The notes beneath the pieces were generated by a model that had not been told where the DNA came from, ran no database searches, and saw only the letters and a list, made by a program, of their open reading frames with translations. A stretch of DNA of 52,774 bases, filler included, from Bipalium vagum (Eukaryota): assembly GCA_037834085.1 (NCBI GenBank). It is 3 parts of 3 records of this genome, joined end to end, with 100 filler letters (N's around TTAATTAATTAA, not from the genome) between each part and the next. Parts side by side here need not be neighbours in the genome. Positions count along the whole stretch, not along the records: positions 1 to 20,901 come from JBBMKC010244802.1; 2 more parts are not named here. The stretch is one strand, 5' to 3'. The position numbers were made by a program, and so were the translations under genes. Below are positions 1-12,560 of this stretch, piece after piece. Each line of letters begins with the position of its first letter. Positions within the stretch are counted from its first letter, which is position 1.

Positions 1-207
1 AAAAATTTAACTTTCCATTTTAAACATTCATTTCTAATTTCGAGCTTTTCAGTTTCTGTCATTATAATTTATGGCAAGTTATAATGTCCTTATGAAATTT
101 ACAATCAAAAATAAAATGGAGATTTGTATAATTTAAATAAACTTTTTTTAAAAAATAAATCCTTATGAAAATGATCTATTTGTATTATATTTAAAAATTC
201 CAGTACC

Positions 208-232
208 TGCCTAATACTTTTGAGCGGTAGTG
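208..232. mobile_element. Terminal inverted repeat end of a Tc1-like element
   Basis: Reverse complement reads TA|CACTACCGCTCAAAAGTATTAGGCA, a Tc1-type terminus followed by TA; partner end not seen. Confidence 0.5.
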
Positions 233-569
233 TAAATAAAAAATAAATTTTATTATTGCACTTTTCTGTTTATTTATGGAGTGGACAATTCATTGGACTA
301 TTCTATAAAATAGAATTTTTGATATTTTAAGAAACACTCAGATTGCACATGCATCAGATTGAACAGAGATGCAAAATAAGCAAATGAATTTCACATTACT
401 TAACATCAGATTTCAATTACTGAAAATATGCTCTTCTCATCTTAGTAAGCTAAACGTAGAGCCATTTTTCCATAGAATATTGATATCCGATAAAAAATTG
501 TTAAGGTATTCAAAACAAAAGAAAATATATTGATTATCTTCTATGTATTCCTTGCCACAGGTTCCAGAA

Positions 570-1821
570 AAGCCTTGTGATGTATGTTTGATGAACTTGT
601 GAAGGAATCATTCATCATTAGTTCTTAAAATCGAAAGATACAATAACCTCTGACATCTATTGTGCTCAATTAAATAAAGTTCATGAAAAATTGTTTTAAA
701 AAAATACCCGTAGTTAGTGAGCAGAAATAAACTTCTATTTCTTCAAGACAATACTCAGCACATGTGTCAAAAAAGTTATTGACAAGATAATGCAACTTGG
801 TTGGAAGATCATTTGCCATCCACTTTATTTCTCTTTTCTCTCACCAACAGATTTTCAATTATTTCTTAATCTTGATAATCATTTGAGAAGAAATAAGTTA
901 ACAAATGAAATGGATCTAAACATACAAGGTTTCAATTTCTTCATCAGTAAGAAAAAAAATTGAAAATGGATTTACCAAGTTGCAAAACGAATTAGATAAA
1001 ATCAAACAATTTGATGGAATATATTGGGTCGTCAAGTATTAAATTTGTAAAAAGAAAAGAAAGTTTATTAATAAAATACAAACACAAACGTCATATTTAA
1101 TCCATTTCTCGTCACAAGTGACGATGCGATTCAAAAATGAATCAGATTGGTAAGGAGAACGCAGCACCATACAAGCTTCCAAACGTTTCAATTTCTGCTT
1201 TTCATTGAGTTTATGTGGAACCCATTTATCCAACTTTTTCGCCTTTCCTATTGGAGATAACTGAAATATTATTATTGGCTTACTGACACCAAACTTCAAG
1301 AATAATTCATTGGCACTTTGAGATGGATCAGACTCAACGGTAACCTTTAGTTGGTTATTACAAGCTTTTGATTTTGGCCGACCGCGTTGCTCATTTTTGA
1401 GGAAAAATTGATCTTTTCGAAATTTAGCAAATTAATTGGCCATCGTCTGCTGTATAGTAACACTGCAGTCAAATACCACATGAATGTTTCGCTCGATCTA
1501 TCATGCTGTAGTTCCTCGTGAAAATTCATATTTCATGATGATTCGAATTTCTTCTTCCATTTTCAAATAATTGGATTAATAAAAGAAATAGTTATTATTT
1601 AAAGATTATATTGATTTGTTTAACAAACAAAAAATGTAACTTTATAAAAAAACCGGATGCTAAAATATGAAGCCATTTTCAAATAATCAGGTGTAAAAAT
1701 TGACAATGTATAACCTACAAATTTCATACTTGACGACCCAATATTTTAATGAATAAATATATCTAAAATGTAGACTTACTTATTTTTTAAAATCTGTAAG
1801 AACTTATTTGAACAAAATAAT
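570..1821 (+). mobile_element. Decayed mariner, 3' half (host of a nested insertion)
   Basis: Plus-strand remnants GIIHH..FLKSKDTITSDIYCAQL, LQDN, LGWKIICHPL...SPTDFQLF, FDGI. After removing 1024-1741 and one TA the frame finishes YFNE*. A TIR-like end follows near 1797-1821. Confidence 0.8.
1024..1741 (-). mobile_element. Internally deleted mariner (718 bp) with intact TIRs and TA target duplication
   Basis: 26-bp TIRs TTGGGTCGTCAAGTAT(T/G)AAATTTGTA (25/26 identical) at 1024-1049 and 1716-1741; TA at 1022-1023 and 1742-1743. Transposase N-half from ATG 1560 (MEEEIRIIMKYEF...WVPHKL...IVTCDEKW) carries three in-frame stops. Confidence 0.93.
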
Positions 1822-1937
1822 AATATTTTCTATTTAAAAGTACTTCCATTTATTTTTTTATTTATTTGTATTTTATTGATTTATTTAAACAAAATATTAT
1901 ATATCAATAATATTAACTTAAAGAGTACATTAAAAAA

Positions 1938-1963
1938 TCCACTGGACTTTCCGGATGACCTAA
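1938..1963. mobile_element. Orphan mariner-type TIR
   Basis: Reverse complement TA|TTAGGTCATCCGGAAAGTCC, similar to the TIRs at 35891/36109 and 45059. Confidence 0.5.
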
Positions 1964-2949
1964 TATTAAGACTGTTAACTTCTCAATTTCAGTTTCATCG
2001 TTCTGATCCAAAATCAACCTTTTCAGCTTAAAATAAATATTTTTAATTAAATGTTCTTTTTTTTAATTTTGAGGAAATAGATTATTACTTTTTATGATGA
2101 AATAATGAATTTGGAAAATTAATAGGTCTAATAAATAATATGCAGTACATTAAAACAAAAAATTATTGATTTTCGGTTCACTAATAAATGGAATATATTT
2201 CCGGAAACCAGTCTAGCCACATGAAGAGAAAAATATCAATATTAAAACAATATTGATATTTTAATGATATTAATGTTTCAAATATTAATGGATGCTCAGT
2301 TCACAGATTTCCTATTTCAAGCAGTTTAAGTACTCCAATTTGGCACATAATATTTTTATTGAATTATTTAATGTTTTAATGATTTATTATACGACAAATA
2401 CGATTTCCACACAATAGTCTCAACGATGTAATTTAATAAAAAAATATGAAAATCAATAATAAATTAAATTAAAACAAATAATCGTATCTGTCGTTGGCTT
2501 AAAAACATTATATTTATTATGGTGTAATTTTATTGTATTTTCACATTTCTTGTTCTATAAGTTTTCAGGGAAATTTGTATTGCTTCTGATTTTAGAACTT
2601 TCCTGTATTACTTGTGGGGAATTCATTTCCATCATATTATGAGACTGGCTGTCATCTGTTGTCTGTAGCTCAGTGTAATCGTCAAGGGGAAATTGCCACA
2701 AGATCATGTTGATTTCGTCAATTTTCTAAATTCCATCCTGTTTACAATTTCCAATTTTGATAAGGTTTTCAATTATTCAACTTCCTTGTGAAGCTTTTAT
2801 TTCATAAATATCAATATCAATATTTTTTTCCTTCCATTTGTGAGATGTCTCATATTTTTGTAAAATAAATATTTTTTTGTGAAAATATAACGTTTATTAT
2901 TTTTGCAAATTGAGTCTGGGTTATTTTTATTCTATATTATTTGTGAATA

Positions 2950-3123
2950 NNNNNNNNNNNNNNNNNNNNNNNNNNNNNNNNNNNNNNNNNNNNNNNNNNN
3001 NNNNNNNNNNNNNNNNNNNNNNNNNNNNNNNNNNNNNNNNNNNNNNNNNNNNNNNNNNNNNNNNNNNNNNNNNNNNNNNNNNNNNNNNNNNNNNNNNNNN
3101 NNNNNNNNNNNNNNNNNNNNNNN
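2950..3123. other. Assembly gap (174 N)
   Basis: Run of N. Confidence 1.
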
Positions 3124-3850
3124 TAATAGTCAGAACAAATAGTCCAAGATGTCATATAACCCTTTTTCTCGATAGAATATTCAATTAAATTATTGTTGAA
3201 CTAACTCTTAAATTAATCTATAAAAAATCCAATAACAAAATAAACTCAATAAATTTAATTTCTGTTGATATTACACATTATATAAAATTCGAAATGACTT
3301 ATTTAACACCCTGTAAAATTCATGTTTCACTTAATTATGTTTGTTTAAATATTAAGAATCACATAAATTTAATAAAAGGTTTATTGATAACAATATTATT
3401 TTAAAGACCATATTTTAAAAACAATAGAAATAGGATAAAAAATAAGTACATAAATAATAATAATAATAAATTCTCTTATATTGATGTACTCTTTGGAGAT
3501 CTTATTTTGAATTCAGTATACAAATTGTTTCACTTTGTCAAATTTTTGAAAACGTCCTTGGATACCTGCTTGTTTTATATTGAATTACTTAGCCATCTCT
3601 ATAGTGCTGAAGCTTTCAGCTTCTTCGACAGCAATTAAATATACCTCTGTCAATATTCAATGACCAAATTTCTAATGCATCACACTATTATAAGTGTTAA
3701 ATCATGAAAACTATCTTTCAGTACTACTAACAAGAACTAAACCTTTGACATTAACTTCACAAGTCTCAGGACATAACCACAAATATAAATATATATCTAA
3801 ATATATATCTAAATAAAGTAGGATATATCGCTATGGACTATAATTATTGT

Positions 3851-4165
3851 TAGTTGAACATTAATCGGAGATACCGGGATTCTACCGAACAAAATTTTAT
3901 TTTTTACAACAAGGTTTTACATATACTTGAACATAAATCATCAGCCGATTGCTGCGAGCTTAGTATGGCATTTTTTGACAAAAAAAAATTTAATAAAGGT
4001 TTATCACATAACTTAGCATAGTTTAATTAGTCACATTTATATATTAGTTAGTCATGGTAATGAGTTAGATTTTGGCCATTATCACACTCTTCTTCTTCCT
4101 GGCTTTCACATGCGCATGGACTGCTCTGACCTCTGACCTACATACCCAGACTAATTTTCAATTTA
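3851..4165 (-). repeat. tRNA-Ala-like repeat copy 1, split by a ~220-bp insertion
   Basis: 3851-3881 and 4100-4147 match the two halves of 31549-31637. The minus strand begins GGGTATGTAGGTCAGAGGTCAGAGC (tRNA-Ala-like 5' end and A box); the B box is interrupted. Confidence 0.75.
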
Positions 4166-4330
4166 TCTCACATCCCCCTCCTTTAAAGTTCACAGGCCCT
4201 TAACCACCATGAGTATCTTACTTTCATTTCCTTTCCTTTATTTTTCACTTACGAGACCTCGCCCGCTGGTTGGTTTGCTGGTGTGGTTAGCCGAAGCAAT
4301 TTCTTCGTCTTCATTCATGTCGAAAATGAC
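4166..4330 (-). mobile_element. Possible LTR-retrotransposon 3' remnant: polypurine tract followed by TG
   Basis: The minus strand reads TTTAAAGGAGGGGGA|TGTGAGA (PPT ~4173-4184, TG at 4172), the usual gypsy PPT/LTR junction. Confidence 0.45.
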
Positions 4331-5558
4331 TACTTTAAACTTCACAAAACGTTTGAAACCACATACTTAAACAAAACATTTAAAATGTTAAATAAATGAA
4401 ATAATAATAGATAATAAAATAATATTAAAATTGACTTTATTAAGAACACAGCAATATTTATTTTTCGTACTACAATTTACTACTTGCATTGATCCTTGAT
4501 TATGAAGTAATCCAATATTACTCCATCCATACCATAAACCTGAACCAGAGAATATTTGGATTTTTTTTTCAAGAATTAATGAGAAATTATCTTCATAGAC
4601 TTAAAAATTGAAATGGAAAAAAAATTTCAGAAAATACTTCTTTTCTGCTCTTTGATCAGTTCAAAAATCAGATCATAATTACTTTTATTCATCAGAGATT
4701 AGATTTACTGGGGAAAAAATCAATGAAAAATACAATTAGATCCCTCAATCAATATTTCAGAAGTGTGAGCATTCCAAAATCTATGCGAATTTCCGATCTT
4801 CTTATTATATTCTTTCAATGTCATTATTGAGAAAATTAGGCGAATACCAATGCAAAAAAGCTTTCTCTCTCCAGATCCAAGATTTTTTTTCAGACAAACG
4901 AAATTGAACAATTTTATTGTCTAAGATTCATAAATTATTAATAAATATTTAAAAATCAGATCAAATAAGAAATGTTAGAGTTGAAACTTACAATCATATT
5001 GATGATATTGCTGGGTTTCAGAAAGTTACATTATAATCATATACTACAATAATTGTGCTCGGACCATTATCTAGCTTTGAAATTAGTGAGTGATGTAAAG
5101 ACCCGAGTGGTCCACTTAGCGCCTAAACTGAAATCAGCTAAAAGTAATGTCTTCTTCTGCTTAAATAATTGATCAAATTGTTTCTTAATACTTTTTTGTT
5201 GTTTGTTATTTCATTCTATTTTGTTTTATTTCAATTTCCAGATCAAGTGATAGCGGTGTTGAGAATCCCTATCATTTCGTGTATTGTTTGATTCATTACA
5301 GTTGTCACGTTGATATGTTTTCATTATATGAGTCGAATTTTGAAAAATAAATAACAAATTATAGTAATATTTTGATTTTTATTTCTACATGAAATCATGA
5401 AAACTTTGCTTCAGTCAGAGTGGGTTGATTTAAGTTCCATCAAACAGATCTCAATTTTCTGTATTGACATGGTGTTTACTGCTTAAAGTTGAAAAACGAT
5501 CAAACTTGAATTTTACTAAATAAATATAAGTAGTGGTATATATATTTATGTATAAGTA

Positions 5559-6215
5559 ATAGATTGGTGCAAAATTCATAACCGTTTTTAGGCAAATAGT
5601 TTAAAATAAAAAAACTCAGTTCAAACAAAAATTTATTAATATATGGTATGATCAGGTGTAGTCAATACACTTCTTCCAACCCGAAATATACATTTGTCCA
5701 TCTTCTTAATTTTTCCAATCTTCTTTAAATGGTGAAAAACTATTGTATGATGAACCTTAGTGTTCTTTCGCAGTTTCTTGTGTATTTTCCATTTTTCTGC
5801 TTTGATAATTTTTTCTCAATTGAACACCATCAAATTCTGATGACGTCCACTACCTTTTCTTACTAGAGGCTGTTATTAATATCCCTACATTTTTCAAGCT
5901 ATCTATGCGTGCTACCTTCAAAAGCTACCTGATCACATCATACCTGGATTTTATTTCTTGTGGTTTCCACAGCATTACGACTAAATTTAAATTCGTGCAA
6001 CAAAATTATCTGATTTTCTGGTTTTGAAATCATTTCAAAAATGGTTAACAATTATAAATAAATTGATGCATTTAAACGACTACCTATATGATTATAAGCA
6101 GAAAATGCGCTTTACAATTATATTTAACAACATAAACATTTTTAAAAATATTGAAATACAGAAACAATTTAAACTAATAAATTGAAAAACGGTCGTTAAT
6201 CTTATATCAACCTAA
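5559..6215 (-). mobile_element. Internally deleted mariner (cecropia/Hsmar1-like)
   Basis: Degenerate ~30-bp TIRs (ATAGATTGGTGCAAAATTCATAACCGTTTT vs TTAGGTTGATATAAGATTAACGACCGTTTT), TA flanks. N-terminus IILLHEFKFSRNAVETTRN...HLKKIGKIKKMDK; no catalytic domain. Confidence 0.8.
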
Positions 6216-7429
6216 TAGTTAATATACGCATTTTAAGAAATATAGGTTATTCAAGTTACTCATTTATGTGAATAATGAAAATATATAATTAATATTGAAC
6301 TTTAAACATGCGATAAACAAAGGAAATCATTTAATAAGGGGTTTGTGGTGTTTTTTTACTTTTAAAAAGGTTAGAAATTTTTTCAATCAAAAAATAATCA
6401 ATAGAAAAATTATAGATCTTCAGGAAAAATGTTATTATTTTTCAAAACTGGTGAAATAAATCAATTAGAGTCTTCTTAAACTAAAAATTGTAATATAACA
6501 TTAGATATAAAAACGTTCTATCAGACGCTTGATTAAAACAATTACTTTTAGGGTAAATGCGAAAGTTATTAAAAATTTGTAGTGAGTCTGAAAGATTGAA
6601 GGATAGTGAAGATGAAGTGTAGAAAGAATTACTGTTACCTGCAATAATTATGTTAATGAACTGAAGAAGAAAAAGACTGACTTTTATTTTGAGACAAATA
6701 CTGTTAGTATAGTCGACAGACTGAGAACTCCGATTAATAAATTATCATATAAATTTAGTCTCAAGGTAGTTCTGAATGCAATCATCTGAACATGTAAAAG
6801 GAAAATTAGTGAGTATCGCAATAATTGTTGTTAAAGGACTGATTTCTTCTTCAATTAAGTTGCTGGAAAACTAGACTTTAATAAAACAAATAATACAAAA
6901 ATACTTATGATGACAAAACAGTACAGCTAATTCAGTATAATGCAACCCGGATAAGAAATTATAGGATGACATTTGCTTTATTTTAACTGTTGAAAAATAT
7001 CAAAGAAATCTCAGAATGCTAAGAGCATAAATAACTGTACATCAATATAATAATACATTTCTTTCAGAATGGAAAGGAAGGCAATTGACATTTTGAATGG
7101 ATGATTTTTACTTCCGTGATTTTATTCTAAAAGCAACTTTTACTTTGATATTAGTCCATTTGTTTCAATAACTTTACATAAATTCATTATTAAATTTTAT
7201 TTCAAATGATTAATAAGTTTGTGAAATTAAAATCATCATTGTTTATCTTGTCTATTTCACATTGATTTAAAATACAGCCATTCAACTATAATTTCACCAT
7301 CGATAACTTCACAAAACTAATCATTTTAAAAAAATTTTCTAGTTTCAATTTGGTTCTTAACAATTCATATGAAAGGATTTTATGACTTCACAAATATGTA
7401 ATAATTTTAAAATTCACACATTTTTAACT

Positions 7430-8280
7430 AAGGAACGGAAAATTTAAAATTACTTATAATTGGTAGGTTTGCTAAACCACTATGTTTTAAAAAATATGAA
7501 TCTTAATAATTTAGGAATAATCATCATTTACAGAGTGGATAACTGGTGTTGACAATATGATATTTTTACAATAACTAGAACGAAAAATATTAATGATAAT
7601 TGGTAAAGCGACCGGTCATACATCTAATTGTGTCTTAAGTGTATTAAAATTCTATAATTGCCAGCGAATACAACAGCAAGACTCCAACCATTAGATGCTG
7701 CGAAAATACATTCACTAAAGTTAAAATATAGATCTTTTTATGTTAAGTTTTGGATAGATCAATTAAATAGATCGATGCTTAAACCAGAAAAGCTTACTTT
7801 ATTAGATTCAATCAGATTTATTACAAGATCTTGGAATGAAGTAACATAGTTAATAATTTATACTTGTTGGCTACACTGTAAGTTAATTAATCCACAAAAT
7901 AATCAATCATTGAATAATAAAGAACTTATATCTGACATGAACAATGAAACTAATAGAATTCGAGAGATAATAAATAAATTACATGTTGATGAACAGATTG
8001 AGGCAAGTAAATATATCTTCATAGAATAAAGCATATCAATTGAAAATGAAAAGAATGATCATGATGATATAAAAATAAATAAAAAAAACATTGACTTAGA
8101 AGATGAAGAAATGATTTCTCAGTTAGAATCATTAAATGCATGCAAATAGTTGATATTTGGAACAATATCCTCAAGATAATTCGCAATGAAACAAAGGACT
8201 TCTTTCAATTCAAAGAGAACATTGTTTAAAAATAGAAAAACAAAATCAAACCACGTTATTGGATTTTTTAAAATAAATAG
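7430..8280 (+). mobile_element. Decayed pogo/Tigger-type (DDE_1) transposase
   Basis: LLIIGRFAKPLCFK and LPANTTARLQPLDAAKIHSLKLKYR...LDSIRFITRSWNEVT..IYTCW; multiple stops. Confidence 0.8.
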
Positions 8281-8435
8281 TTATGATTGATCAATATGTA
8301 ATTTTAAATAAATTATCGATTTTTAAATAACATTCGGTTTATAATTTTATTATTTCATGATTTTTAAATTTCAAAAACAAAAAATTCTTTTTATCCAGTG
8401 CCGAAAATATAAAAATATGGATGAATGACTACATA

Positions 8436-9295
8436 TGTTGGGTTTTGGAATTAGTAATGGTAGTAATAATAATAATAATAAATTTTTTTTATGACAAAAT
8501 CCCACCGTGGGGACTTTCGACAGATTAGGCTAATGGATTTCCTGACAGTCGTTCTCGGGTGGACTGCAGGATTCCATAAGCCTTGATATGAGTCTATCTC
8601 GGCGTGGATTGATGGTTATTAGGGAAAATAGTCGTGTCTAAGCGTAAGGGATTGATGATCGTAGACCAATCTCTACGATTATATAAAGAGATCCGTCAAT
8701 CGGTCCAAAAACGCTAGCACGGAGACGAGAATTCGCGGAAGCGCCTACAGAAAACTAAGGATTCAGTAGAATTACGAGCCGAAGAAAGGACCTCAAGGTA
8801 TTTCAAATGAATATAACTTCGCAGGAGGATTCTACAAGGGGACCCAGCGAGCTTGGAAACCCTTACGCGACCTGAGAAGGACCTAGAGGGCGACGCAGGA
8901 CTCCTTGTCACTCTTCGTGAGACCGTTTTATCTTACTCTTGTTTCTTTCTTTTGTGATCATTTCTTCTTCTCTTTTATTATAACAGTAACAGTATTTTTT
9001 TATTTTTTTATTTATCATTATTCTTGATGACATTATTTATTGGACTCATTGATTAAAGAGTGATTTAAAGAAGTTGATTGTCGTTGTGGTCATTATTTTC
9101 CAGTGTGATTGTGTTTTGTTCAAATAAAGTTTTATTGTAGAAGTTTGGTTCAGTTCTTAATGGTGCGGATACGGTATTGTGGTTCGTGTTTTGATTCGAA
9201 AAGGTTGAGAGGAGTTACGGACACAAAGATTCATAAAAAGTGAGGAGTCACGAGCACACGAGCACACGTTACTACGTCTAAGTATTATATTAACA
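8436..9295 (+). mobile_element. Solo LTR (860 bp), gypsy-like
   Basis: Termini TGTT...AACA, exact 4-bp flanking duplication CATA (8432-8435, 9296-9299), GC-richer interior, TATATAAA near 8680, AATAAA near 9123. Confidence 0.78.
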
Positions 9296-12289
9296 CATAA
9301 ATGACTGTATATAAAAAATAAACAATTCCAATGAATAACAAAATATTTTTCAGGAATATATATTAATTAAAATAAATTACTATATTAAAATTACATAAAT
9401 TTGCAATATATATAATTTAAATTTAAAGTATATATATTAAAACAAATGAATAAAAATTATTTCATAAAAGTCAAAAAATTAAAATATTTATTTATTTAAA
9501 ACTGATTGATAAATATAATTTATTTTTTATAGAATTTTCATGACATATTTTAAAAATCTTTGGAAAGAAACATTTTTACAATATTATAGAAAATATGCAC
9601 ACATTTGGTATTTTTTGAAATAATTAATTTTATTTTTTTATCATTTACAAAATAAAATCTAATTTAATATAAATTATCCATATTGAAATAAAAAGTAAAA
9701 TTGATAAAATTAAAGATAAAGAAAATTTTTAATAAAAATATTGTTTTATTAAACTTTTAAATCCGCATCTGATTTGATTTATAATAGATCAGACATTTTA
9801 ATCCACAACTTATCTTAAACTTTAATTGATTTCACAAAAATATTGTTGTTTAATCTTTGACAGTTTATATAGATTATAAAAATTTTAATTATTTTCAAAA
9901 TAATAATAATAATATTTTTAATTAAAATATAAAACAAAAGAAATATTATAAATTAATATTTTAAAAATTTTAGATGATTGAGTTTAATTATTTGCAATGT
10001 TTGAATATCTTCTTTAATATTTTATTAATAATTATAAAAATTCTGTGATCAAATATAAAGATGTCCGATGACATGAATTAGCATGGATAATATAAATATA
10101 AAAATATTAACATTTTTAATTTTATCATTCATCAGTATACTTTATAATTTATTACATAAAAATCGAAACGGATAATCCATTAATGTCATAATATATTAAT
10201 TAAACATTCCAAATTAATATTTATGCCAACTTATTTTATTTTATAATTTTTAATTTGAATATTTTGGTTAATTTATTGTTGTCAGTTTTTCAAAGAAAAA
10301 TGAAAAGTTCATCAGATCTCTGAAAATTTAATTTTACAATCATATATTTGGTCTTGTTATAAATAATTTAAATTCTTATTATAATATAAGGTAATTATTG
10401 CATTGTTTTAACAAATCAATTTAAAATTGATTTTCAGATCAAATATTCAAATGGCAAATAGTTTCGAAAATAATAAACCAAAAACTTCAACAGGTTTTTT
10501 TCCCGCAATATTTCTTGAATAGCCATTAATTGAGAAAGTGTTCCTAAAATCTTTTTTGTTAAATTCATTTGATTCTGTTTTTGTCAAAAAATATTTCTTG
10601 TAAATTGTCTAGGTAATTTTATAAGAACTTTCAAAATTGAGAAATAAATAAAGTTTCATTTTTTCTTCACCATTTTAAAATATTTATTTCTTATTAAAAA
10701 AAATAAGATTTATTCTGTGGAATGAAAACTTTTGAAATTTATATTCAGCTAAAACATTTAAAGAACCATCAAATCATCCTACAATAATAAGTAATCTTTT
10801 TATTATGTCCTCGTGATTGTTTTATTATGTTCGTCTGTCATTAATATACTAAATAATGCATTTACTGATCATATAAACTAAATGAGAAATGCGACATAGA
10901 AAATCTACGAAAAATATATTATTATAAAATCAGATTTTTTAGCATTAATGAATTATTAATATTTTTAAAAGATAAAATATTTTTGTCTCATATAAAATAA
11001 ATATTTTTTCAACGAAAATAGATACTTTACAAATCAAATTACCTATTTTCATGGATTTCAGAAGTTATTAATATAAATTAAAATAATTTTTAAATTTAAT
11101 AATGATATTTAATAATAAATATTATTTAACATGATCAATATATTTACAAAATTATTGATTTTTCCTTTCTGAGAATAAAAACTTTTTCAATAAATTTTCT
11201 CAATATAACTAAATATTTTGATGTGAAGAAAGTTGTTTTACTTAATATTTTTTATAGTAAAATTTTATTGAGTGACATTTTCCTTATATTATAAGAAATT
11301 TTTTGTTTGAATTTTTAATTAGTGCTACCTAAAGAAAAGCAACTATTTTAGTTTCACTAATAATAATAATTAAATTTTATTTTTTATTTTATTTATTATT
11401 TTTATTTTGTGTACAAATATTTTTGTCTTATGAAAATATATAAATTATATAAAGAAAAATTACAAATAGTAATAATAATAATAATAATAACAATAGCAAT
11501 AATAAATTTTTAGAGTTACATTAAATATAGTGTTTTCATTTTTTGAATAAAATTAAAAGAAATCTTTCAAAAGATAAATAATAAATTTACTATACAATTT
11601 GTGCACTATTATGTTCGACAATCTGTCTTCATCGATCTGGATGTTTCATGATAATATCAATAAAGAATTCTGTGAGAAATCTTTACTCGGCGTTTTTTGA
11701 CATTTTCTAAAGACTGAAAACCTTTCACATCTGAACTATTTGACAAGTATCGAAAAAGGTGGTAATTTGATAGACCAATAATAAAATATATGGAACAAAC
11801 CATGAAACTGCGAGTCCCCATATCGTCAGTATGTCATAAACAAAATAAGTATGATTCGTTAAAAATTAAACAAAAAAGTATTTACAAAAATAATTTCAAT
11901 GACCTTTTCCAAAATTGTATCTCAGATTTAAGTTAAGCATTTATGAATGAGAATTATAAAAATGAAGAACTAAATTAGTAACAATTGGGATGGAAACAAG
12001 ACATAATATAACAATTTACATAATATGATAAAATATTTATTAATTTATACATATGCATAAATACGAGTAATCATTTCTGATCGACATTTTTCCTGAGATA
12101 ATCCTCTTCGAGAATTATACAGGATTATTGCTCTTACATTTTCTCTCGTGAATTCAATTTTTTCATTAATTATGTTTTTTAAAAAGTCACTGTAAACAAA
12201 CACTTTGATATATTTAAACAAAATTTATAATTCTTTGTTTCCAAATATAGACTTTTGTTTTAGATAATAATATTTTATTATTGTAGGCT

Positions 12290-12560
12290 TGTATGCCCCC
12301 ATGTGCAAAACTTAAAAGACAGTTCTCGTAATATTTTGATTTAGATTTTTTTGGTGTTGTTTTAAATATCTGGGTCTTGCAGAACTATTTGAATTTCAAA
12401 ATTTTTGTAAATGATGAACGATTTGAAAGCTGTAGTTGGAGACATTTTTGACAGTTATCCAATAACTTTTTATAACGAGGACATCGACTATCTACATTGT
12501 TGATGGAAGTATGTACTCCAGCATAATAGTGTTTACATTAATAATTGAATTTATCCTACG
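12290..12560 (+). mobile_element. Highly decayed mariner C-terminal fragment
   Basis: DLKAVVGDIFDSYPITFYNEDIDYLHC*WKYVLQHNSVYIN fits the mariner end FYxxGIxxLxxRWxxVxxxNGxYI. Confidence 0.55.

Noticed and set aside
2903-3188. Three ORFs in the supplied track spanning the first gap
   Set aside because: Open only because N codons translate as X.
6560-7130. Possible piggyBac relic (acidic stretch, MDDF motif)
   Set aside because: Too degenerate to support by eye.
8714-8911. 65-aa ORF in the GC-rich island
   Set aside because: Lies within the solo LTR; no recognisable domain.
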